This document shows positions 56,675 to 64,000 of a stretch of DNA of 64,000 nucleotides, piece by piece. Origin of the DNA: Candidatus Thalassarchaeaceae archaeon (GTDB lineage Archaea > Thermoplasmatota > Poseidoniia > Poseidoniales > Thalassarchaeaceae); the NCBI GenBank assembly GCA_943841885.1, contig CALSZZ010000001.1, forward strand, positions 265,156 through 329,155, read 5' to 3'. The notes under the pieces were generated by a model. That model ran no database searches, was not told where the DNA came from, and saw nothing but the letters and a program-made list of their open reading frames with translations. The stretch's first letter is position 1. Each line of letters opens with the position of its first letter. Both the position numbers and the translations under genes were made by a program.

Positions 56675-59600
56675 TTATGAAGTAGTGTTAAAAAAAATGG
56701 TAACATTATCCACACTAAACTTATCAGAACCAGCAGGTATTTCACCTTGATTCAGTAATGCGTGTCCTGCTCTTGTTTCATTTTGGACATGTTGCCAATC
56801 TAGATCGTTAAGAACTAATCCATTAATCCAGACTGAGAGATTAATCATGGCTTCAACATCAAGGTTGAGTTCTTTTCTTTTTGATTGAATTCTTCTAATT
56901 ATATCTCTTGCAAGTCCTTTTGATAATAAGTCTTGATCAGTACCCATATCTAAAACAAGAGTTACGTCTCCATAATCTTCGCCAAATAAGGTAGAAGCGG
57001 AGAAATTTTCTTTTTCTATGCGCTTTATTTCGATGTCATCCATTGTTATATCATATCCCCCTAAGGCGGCTATCCCTGCCTCAATCTCTAAGAGTAAAGA
57101 TTCTGGATCCGCCTCATTTAATTGTGATAATACAAGAGGTAAATCAGATCGGCATTTTGAACCAAGTACTTTCCTATTTGGCATCAGTACTATCTTCTGA
57201 AATTTATCTAAATCGGATTCTCTAATCAAATTTTCAACATTTAATTCTTCTGAAAGAATATCAAAGAAATCAGAAACATCAGGACCTCCAATAATCCATC
57301 CATTCCGGCAGGGGAGTCTTTGCCTTCTTTCACTTTCTACTCTTATTCTTCGGCCTGATTCTGCTAAATCTCTAACGAGTTTCATTTGTTGTTCCAAATT
57401 ATAATCTTTAGGCGGTAAATTACGTTCAACTAATTTAGAACCAACGGGCCAATCTGCAAGGTGGACTGATGCCCCAGTTAAATCTCGATGTATTTTATCT
57501 GCCATGAACGGAGAAATTGGCGACATTAAGCGACAAACTACCATTAATACTTCATGTAAAGTGTTTTGACACGCCCACTTATCATTACTGTCTACTTCGT
57601 CCCAGAGGCGCCTTCTTGATCTACGAACATACCAGTTTGATAGGTCATTAACAACAAAATTCTCTAATTCCCTGCCTGCCTTATGAAATTCCCAAGTATT
57701 AAAATTACCATGGAAAGACTCTGCTACATGGCTAATCCGAGATAGTATCCACCTATCCAAAGGACTTCTTAAATCAACAGAAATTTGACTATTTTGATCA
57801 TTGGGGTCGAAGCCATCTAATGCAGCATAATCCGAATGGAAGCGGTGTACATTCCACAAAGTCAAAAACATTTTTCCATAAGTTTCCCTAACTCCATTAG
57901 GGTCAAAATTCATAGGATTCCACGGAGCACTTTGAGTTGCCATATACCACCTTATTGCATCTGCACCTTCTTTGTTAAAATGATCCCATGGGTTGACAAC
58001 ATTTCCTCTTGATTTACTCATTTTCTTGCCTTCATTGTCCAAAATATGCCCTAATGATAAGCATCTTTTATACGATATACTATCGAATACGGTAGTTGAA
58101 ACGGCTAATAAAGAATAAAACCATCCTCTGGTTTGATCTACTGCTTCACAAATATAGTCGACAGGGAAACTACCTGAAAAGTTTTCATTATTTTCAAAAG
58201 GGTAATGCCATTGAGCAAATGAAGCACAGCCTGAATCAAACCAACAATCCATGACATATGGTTCGCGAATCATCTCCCCCTTACAGTCGTCATTAGTACA
58301 ATATAATCTGACTTCATCAACATATGGCCGATGCAATTCTTTAGGGCTAGGAGAATTCTCTGTTTTCAATAGGTTCATTTCCTCTACACTACCAATACAA
58401 TGTTCATGTCCACATTCAGGACAAATCCAAACAGGTATTGGAGTCCCCCAATATCGTTCTCTGCTAATTGCCCAGTCCTTGAGATTACGTAACCATTCTC
58501 CAACTCTACCTGAACCAGTCCATTCAGGAGCCCATTCTACTTGAGAATTATATTCGATTATTTCATTTTTTACTGATGTCATGCGTACAAACCAACTATC
58601 CATTGCATAATATAAAAGTGGATGATCAGTCCTCCAACAATGCGGATAATCATGAGTGTAGATATGTTCACGATATAATTTATTTTCATTATGAAGAATA
58701 TCTATAATTATAGAATCGCAATCTTTCACGTAAAGTCCATCGAGTAAATTATGAGTACCTTTGATAAATTTACCATCTATTCCTACAGTATGTTGTGCCG
58801 GAAAACCCATTTCCATTCCAAGATTGTAGTCATCTTCTCCGTACATTACAGCTGTGTGTACTACTCCTGTACCGTCGGTGGTGGTAACAAAATCTGCAGC
58901 AACAATTGTCCATGCAGTTTTCGAGTCCTTTCTTTCTATTGCATTTGAAAATAATGGATGATATGCTTTACCAACTAAATCTGATCCAACGAATTCATCA
59001 ATTATTTCCATATGGTGCCTTAGAACAACTCCAAGTAGATCTTTTGCTAGAATTAATTCTTCACCAACCATCGTTTGCCCTCTTCCCTCCCAAGAATCCG
59101 AAGGAGGAGATGTGACCCGGACTCGACAATACGTAACATTAGGTCCAACTGCTAGTCCGACATTCCCAGGAAGTGTCCATGGAGTTGTAGTCCATGCAAG
59201 CACTGATGCGTCTTCATCAACTAATTTGAATTTAACAAAAACTGCAGGTTCTGAAACTTCTTTATATCCTTGAGAAACCTCATGAGTAGAGTAACTAGTT
59301 CCTGTTTGGGGACAATAAGGCAACACTTTGTGGCCTCGGAATAATAATCCTTTATCGTGCATTTGTTTCAATGACCACCATGCTGATTCTATATATTCGT
59401 CATGTAGTGTAACATAAGGATTATCCATATCCACCCAGAATGCCATCCTTTCTGTCATTTCTCTCCAGCTTTCTTCATATTCCCAAACACTTTCTTTACA
59501 TTTTTGATTAAATTTTTCCATTCCATACTCTTCGATTTCTTCATTAGACATTAGATTTAGTTTCTTTTGAACTTCAATTTCAACTGGAAGACCATGAGTA

Positions 59601-59863
59601 TCCCAACCACCTTTTCTCTCCACGATATGGCCTTCCATAGTCTTCCATCTACAAACCATATCCTTGTACAATCTTGACAGTACATGATGGATGCCTGGTT
59701 TTCCATTTGCAGTAGGAGGCCCTTCAAGAAAGGTGAATGGAGAATTATCTAATTTACGATTTTCAATTGATTTTTCAAATGTTTTCTCGGATGACCAGGT
59801 TTCCATTAACGAAGTTTCAAGAGCGACTGGGTCGAGTTCCCCGGGCGAATTTGGCACTACCAT
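56675..59863 (-). CDS. ileS: isoleucine--tRNA ligase
   Basis: PPTANGKPGIHHV (HIGH region), editing-domain WTTTPWTLPGN, KMSKSRGN, zinc-finger CPECGHEHC. 1062 aa. Confidence 0.95.
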   Translation of the reverse strand: MVVPNSPGELDPVALETSLMETWSSEKTFEKSIENRKLDNSPFTFLEGPPTANGKPGIHHVLSRLYKDMVCRWKTMEGHIVERKGGWDTHGLPVEIEVQKKLNLMSNEEIEEYGMEKFNQKCKESVWEYEESWREMTERMAFWVDMDNPYVTLHDEYIESAWWSLKQMHDKGLLFRGHKVLPYCPQTGTSYSTHEVSQGYKEVSEPAVFVKFKLVDEDASVLAWTTTPWTLPGNVGLAVGPNVTYCRVRVTSPPSDSWEGRGQTMVGEELILAKDLLGVVLRHHMEIIDEFVGSDLVGKAYHPLFSNAIERKDSKTAWTIVAADFVTTTDGTGVVHTAVMYGEDDYNLGMEMGFPAQHTVGIDGKFIKGTHNLLDGLYVKDCDSIIIDILHNENKLYREHIYTHDYPHCWRTDHPLLYYAMDSWFVRMTSVKNEIIEYNSQVEWAPEWTGSGRVGEWLRNLKDWAISRERYWGTPIPVWICPECGHEHCIGSVEEMNLLKTENSPSPKELHRPYVDEVRLYCTNDDCKGEMIREPYVMDCWFDSGCASFAQWHYPFENNENFSGSFPVDYICEAVDQTRGWFYSLLAVSTTVFDSISYKRCLSLGHILDNEGKKMSKSRGNVVNPWDHFNKEGADAIRWYMATQSAPWNPMNFDPNGVRETYGKMFLTLWNVHRFHSDYAALDGFDPNDQNSQISVDLRSPLDRWILSRISHVAESFHGNFNTWEFHKAGRELENFVVNDLSNWYVRRSRRRLWDEVDSNDKWACQNTLHEVLMVVCRLMSPISPFMADKIHRDLTGASVHLADWPVGSKLVERNLPPKDYNLEQQMKLVRDLAESGRRIRVESERRQRLPCRNGWIIGGPDVSDFFDILSEELNVENLIRESDLDKFQKIVLMPNRKVLGSKCRSDLPLVLSQLNEADPESLLLEIEAGIAALGGYDITMDDIEIKRIEKENFSASTLFGEDYGDVTLVLDMGTDQDLLSKGLARDIIRRIQSKRKELNLDVEAMINLSVWINGLVLNDLDWQHVQNETRAGHALLNQGEIPAGSDKFSVDNVTIFFNTTS

Positions 59864-59962
59864 CTATGCGTCGGAACAAACTCGATGTATTGAATATACT
59901 CTTTAAGAACGGAGAAGTGTAGTTTAGTAGTATTCAATAAGGATGAGGAATCTGGCTTTGTT

Positions 59963-60610
59963 ATGACTGAAACGACTAGCATAGTGGTTGAAGGAATGAC
60001 TTGTACTGGATGCTCAGAAAGAGTGAAAAACGCCCTAGAAATTATCAAAGGAGTGATAAATGCAGAAGTTTCACATGAGTCTGGTTTTGCGATTGTCGAA
60101 CACAAAAATGTATCAAAAGAAACTATGTCATCTGCTATTAAGACAACAGGCTATACTGTCGATGGAAAAGGTGTAGATTTTCATTGGAGAGATAGTAGTA
60201 TTTGGAGGCAATCAGCTCACAATACAAAATGGTGTTTAGTTGGTTGTAGTATTGGCGATTTTGGCACTATAGCAGCGTTTCAATTTATTCCATATCTTAT
60301 TGCTCTTGAATGGAGTCCGATGATGGTTATGGCATTAGCAATGTTTAACGGAATAATGACATCTATTGCGCTTGAAACATTCATATTATCTGCTCAGATG
60401 GTTCTAAAGGAAGCCTTTAGAGTTGCAATAGGAATGTCGCTGATTTCGATGATATCAATGGAGGCTGCAATGAATCTCGTAGATTTTATCTTGACTGGTG
60501 GTGCTAAACTTACTTGGTGGGTTATTATACCGATGCTAATAGCCGGCTTCTTAACGCCTTGGCCATATAATTATTGGCGACTAAAGAAATATGGAGTATC
60601 TTGTCATTAG
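59963..60610 (+). CDS. HMA (heavy-metal-associated) domain fused to DUF4396-like membrane domain
   Basis: GMTCTGCSERVKNAL, then a TM domain with WCLVGCSIGDFG. C-terminal ...SCH. Confidence 0.6.
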   Translation: MTETTSIVVEGMTCTGCSERVKNALEIIKGVINAEVSHESGFAIVEHKNVSKETMSSAIKTTGYTVDGKGVDFHWRDSSIWRQSAHNTKWCLVGCSIGDFGTIAAFQFIPYLIALEWSPMMVMALAMFNGIMTSIALETFILSAQMVLKEAFRVAIGMSLISMISMEAAMNLVDFILTGGAKLTWWVIIPMLIAGFLTPWPYNYWRLKKYGVSCH

Positions 60611-61395
60611 GAGGAATTTCTATACAAAATTGGGAAAATTTAGGAAATGAAATATCTAATTGGATTTTCGATTATGCTAAAAGTAACAATATATCCAATC
60701 TAGTTGTTGGTGTTTCAGGAGGGATTGATTCTGCAGTCACATCAACTCTATGTGCGAAAACCGGACTAAATACTATAGTTGTCAATATGCCAATTTATCA
60801 AACACCATCACAATTAAATCTCTCAAATCTCCACATCGAATGGCTAGGAAAAAAATGGAATAATGTAGAAGGTCATATAATTGATTTAACCGAAGTATAT
60901 GATTCATTCAACACTAAACTTGATAAAATCAGTACTTCAGAATTATCATTAGCCAATACCCGGGCTAGACTAAGAATGACTACTCTATATTCATTAGCGG
61001 GATCTAAGAACGGTATTGTAGTAGGAACGGGAAATAAAGTTGAAGATTTTGGAGTTGGTTTTTACACAAAGTATGGCGATGGAGGGGTAGATATATCACC
61101 TATTGCTGATCTTTACAAATCAGAAGTTTATTTTTTAGCTGAATCATTAGAAATAATTCAACCTATTCAAGACGCTGCTCCTACTGACGGTTTATGGAAT
61201 GATAGTAGAACTGATGAGGATCAAATAGGAGCAACATATGAAGAATTAGAATGGGCAATGGAAGAAGTAGAAAATGGTTTTAATCCAAAATATTCTACTA
61301 GGCAAAAAGAAATAATGGATATTTATCTAAAAATGAATAAAAATAATCAGCATAAAATGAAACCAATACCTATTTTTAAGAGAAAGTTGGATTAA
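60574..61395 (+). CDS. nadE: NH3-dependent NAD+ synthetase
   Basis: VVGVSGGIDSAV PP-loop, GTGNK.E, YTKYGDGG. TTG start per the track; start uncertain. Confidence 0.85.
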   Translation: MATKEIWSILSLGGISIQNWENLGNEISNWIFDYAKSNNISNLVVGVSGGIDSAVTSTLCAKTGLNTIVVNMPIYQTPSQLNLSNLHIEWLGKKWNNVEGHIIDLTEVYDSFNTKLDKISTSELSLANTRARLRMTTLYSLAGSKNGIVVGTGNKVEDFGVGFYTKYGDGGVDISPIADLYKSEVYFLAESLEIIQPIQDAAPTDGLWNDSRTDEDQIGATYEELEWAMEEVENGFNPKYSTRQKEIMDIYLKMNKNNQHKMKPIPIFKRKLD

Positions 61396-61405
61396 AATCT
61401 TTCTT

Positions 61406-63220
61406 TTAATTAGAATCTATGCAGCTTAAGTATGGTTCATGCATTGGAGGGAGGAAATAATCATCACAATTTCTGTAAACAGTTGATAATCCTAAGAAAG
61501 AAGAAGAATCGAGAATTAAGGTAATTGGCGTAGTTGAAATTGGACTAGGGACATAGTCTTCTCCTGTTTGTGAAATAATCAACTGGATTCCATCACCTTC
61601 AGGCACAATCACATCCATTCCGAAGAATTCCATCTTAGCCGTTACGGTTTCGCCGGGGATTAGAGTTTGGCCCTCCTTTCCGCCCGCATGGAAACGTAAA
61701 TCCATAACTGCGTGCCCTAGATGCATACCATTACTAGATTGAATCATTTCTACAAATATATGGCCGCTGGTAAATTGTGTATTTACTTGAACATGGAATA
61801 TGGGAGTTCCAATAATACGTGTTTCTTCAGTGAATAATGGGCAATCTATTGTCATAGAGGAGGTGGTTGTAACTACCTCTCCACCTGAAACTACAGAACA
61901 AATATCCATGTCATAGTATATCCAATCTTGATTTTTTGGAGGATATTCAGATTCTACTCTCCAGGCACCCATATTATCTTGCACCTCTGCTATCAATCTG
62001 GGTTGAGGTCCTTTATCTTTCAAGTAATAGTCAAACCATTCCAGTAAATCATCTGCCCAATCCCATCTCAAAGTATAGGGAAATGCTTCTTGCCCTCTTC
62101 CAGTAGACAACGATTCATGGCCGGTAATTCTATCTGGATAATCATGTCCCCATTGCCCGTAAAGGCCCTTTACCTCGAAACCTGAATCAATAAGAATATT
62201 ATGTGTTGGGAATGCCATATGAGGGTCAACATTCCAATCTTGAATACCATGGATGATATATACAGAGCCGTTATAATTTTCTAAAGACCTAGATAAAAAT
62301 GTTCTTTCTTCCCAATAATCACTACCTATCCACGCCAAATTATCTCCAGATAGATATGCGGCGGGACCTGCGTAATATCCTTCTAGATATCCTTCGCAAG
62401 CATTCTGTGAATCTTCAAGGTTACCATCAAGTCCGAAGCTTCCATAGACTCCATTGTGCATTATTGCACCTCTTGCTTCCATGCTACCATTACGCCACAT
62501 AAGATCATGTGCACCAATAAGTCCCGACATTGGAATTATTGTTTTTAGGTGTTCTGATCCCATTGCAGCAGCCTCCCACGGAGTTGACCCATCATATGAT
62601 TTACCAATTATACCAACAGCTCCATTGGAAAATGGTGCTTTTCCTAGATACTCGACTGCAGCATGAATTCCCTTTTGCTCGTCAAGCCCCATCAGATCCA
62701 TACAATGATTCGATTCGCCAGTGCCAAACACAGAAACTTGGGCAACACCAAATCCATGTGGTACGAAGTTCTCTATAAGGAAACGACCAAGTCTATCTGC
62801 TGGAGTTAATGCATCTACATCTCCATCATCATAATATGGGCCTATTTCAGCTATTATCGGAACTTTACATTCTTCAAGAATATCTGACGAATCCATATCG
62901 CAGCCTTCTATTTTAGGAAGCCACAAACCCAAATGAACTTCGGCATCTCCAGACAATCCAGCACCTCCATCTACAATAGTGATGGCTGGAACTTCAACAA
63001 ATATTGATCGTACATCATCTATTTGGTATGAACCATTTATTGAAACTCGGCTAAAAACATCATCATTTCTATATATTAGATTTGAACGATCTTCAACATC
63101 ATTTAACCAATGTTCAGAGTTATTTTCTCCAACTATTTTTTTATCGTCATCGATACAACCACTAAAACAAGAAATAAAGAATAAAAATACAAGAAATATG
63201 CTCGTAGATTTGTTAGACAT
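61406..63220 (-). CDS. S15-family (CocE/NonD, Xaa-Pro dipeptidyl-peptidase-like) lipoprotein hydrolase
   Basis: Lipobox CFSGC. GKSYDGSTPW nucleophile region, IHGIQDWNV, C-terminal beta-sandwich. Start moved to ATG 63220. Confidence 0.7.
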   Translation of the reverse strand: MSNKSTSIFLVFLFFISCFSGCIDDDKKIVGENNSEHWLNDVEDRSNLIYRNDDVFSRVSINGSYQIDDVRSIFVEVPAITIVDGGAGLSGDAEVHLGLWLPKIEGCDMDSSDILEECKVPIIAEIGPYYDDGDVDALTPADRLGRFLIENFVPHGFGVAQVSVFGTGESNHCMDLMGLDEQKGIHAAVEYLGKAPFSNGAVGIIGKSYDGSTPWEAAAMGSEHLKTIIPMSGLIGAHDLMWRNGSMEARGAIMHNGVYGSFGLDGNLEDSQNACEGYLEGYYAGPAAYLSGDNLAWIGSDYWEERTFLSRSLENYNGSVYIIHGIQDWNVDPHMAFPTHNILIDSGFEVKGLYGQWGHDYPDRITGHESLSTGRGQEAFPYTLRWDWADDLLEWFDYYLKDKGPQPRLIAEVQDNMGAWRVESEYPPKNQDWIYYDMDICSVVSGGEVVTTTSSMTIDCPLFTEETRIIGTPIFHVQVNTQFTSGHIFVEMIQSSNGMHLGHAVMDLRFHAGGKEGQTLIPGETVTAKMEFFGMDVIVPEGDGIQLIISQTGEDYVPSPISTTPITLILDSSSFLGLSTVYRNCDDYFLPPMHEPYLSCIDSN

Positions 63221-63224
63221 AATA

Positions 63225-64000
63225 TCAAACCTGTGGTAAATGGAAATTTTGTGGTTTGGCAATTCCTAAATCACTAGGTAAGTCAAGTCTTTTTTCTGGT
63301 AAAACGACTGGTATCATTTCTCTACCTATCAATGCAACTCTACTTTCTCTCCTATCAGAAAGGACTTCACGTCCTGTTAATGATGCTAATTTATCTGAAA
63401 ATTCTAATACTTCTGGATGCGAGGGCATATTTTCAATAGTATGATTATTTTGACTTTTCCCTACATGAACATAACCCTTTGCTTCAATGAACATTGGATC
63501 TGCAATATTATCTAACCTTGCATAGTCTTCATGATATCCTAATGATTCATTTTTTATTAGAGTATGACGGCAAACTGTCCTTGTATCTAACGAAGGCAAC
63601 AATTCTAAGGTTTGTTCTAATTTATTGAATGCCCCAGTATCAAACTTTGGTTTACAAATACGATCAAAAATTTCCTTATTGGGGGCATCAACACTAACGT
63701 ACAATTGAGTTGGTAATGTATCAAGTTTTTCTATAACCTTTGGAAGGCTTCCATTGGTGACTAAAAATGTAGAAACACCATGATTATGACAAATTTCTAA
63801 GAATTCACTTAATCTAGAGTATAAAGTTGGTTCGCCATTTAGAGAAATTGCAACATGTTTAGGATCTTGTGCATCTAACCATTTTTCACGCGGGACACTT
63901 GGATGACCTCCAAAACCAGTAATTAACCTACGGTGTGCACGAACTGATTGAAGAAATAAATCATAAGGATCATCGTCTATTTTATTTAGACTATCAGAAT
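63225..64000 (-). CDS. taw1: tRNA 4-demethylwyosine synthase (radical SAM, Taw1/TYW1), N-terminus outside window
   Basis: Frame is open to the window end. ...STFLVTNGSLPKVIEKLDTLPTQLYVSVDAPNKEIF...FIEAKGYVHVG. Confidence 0.75.
   Translation of the reverse strand, partial: SDSLNKIDDDPYDLFLQSVRAHRRLITGFGGHPSVPREKWLDAQDPKHVAISLNGEPTLYSRLSEFLEICHNHGVSTFLVTNGSLPKVIEKLDTLPTQLYVSVDAPNKEIFDRICKPKFDTGAFNKLEQTLELLPSLDTRTVCRHTLIKNESLGYHEDYARLDNIADPMFIEAKGYVHVGKSQNNHTIENMPSHPEVLEFSDKLASLTGREVLSDRRESRVALIGREMIPVVLPEKRLDLPSDLGIAKPQNFHLPQV

Noticed and set aside
1-64000. Search for integrases, transposases, IS ends, prophage or defence-system genes
   Set aside because: I recognised no recombinase, nuclease-ATPase pair, restriction-modification or toxin-antitoxin signature. 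The window looks like core chromosome rather than an island.

Overview
AT-rich, very gene-dense chromosomal segment: about 70 genes, short gaps, many abutting or overlapping ORFs. G+C was not computed.

It reads as a planktonic marine euryarchaeon of the Marine Group II/III (Poseidoniales-like) kind; this placement is inference from gene content only. Archaeal hallmarks are TBP, RibL-type FAD synthase, archaeal-type RibB/RibH, mevalonate kinase, Taw1/TYW1, an archaellin-type class III signal peptide and a SepF-like protein. They sit beside a proteorhodopsin-family gene, H+-pyrophosphatase, PolX/EndoIII repair genes and housekeeping synthetases (IleRS, CysRS, NadE).

The window carries many secreted or lipobox-anchored hydrolases (S8, S15, M29, M20, HExxH, BNR), which fits a protein-scavenging photoheterotroph. 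I recognised no rRNA, tRNA, CRISPR array, transposase or integrase.

Most noteworthy observations:
1. A 1275-aa single ORF fuses a secreted subtilase to an AmpG/PAT-type MFS permease.
2. An archaellin-like protein carries an inserted double Greek-key beta-gamma-crystallin domain with Ca-binding signatures.
3. The TBP has a ~55-aa insertion in its second repeat.
4. The rhodopsin has Lys at the proton-donor position (DTK) and Met at the tuning position.
5. A 271-aa protein may contain two histone-fold-like halves.
6. An APH-family kinase is divergently paired with an AGXT2L-type phospho-lyase.
7. A GC-rich 39-bp tandem repeat encodes an RGG tail that is out of frame with its gene.

Four ORFs are interrupted by single-base frame changes, two at homopolymer tracts and two in low-complexity regions. 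Sequence quality must therefore be checked before any biological reading of those. All homology calls are from motif recognition by eye; no database search was run.
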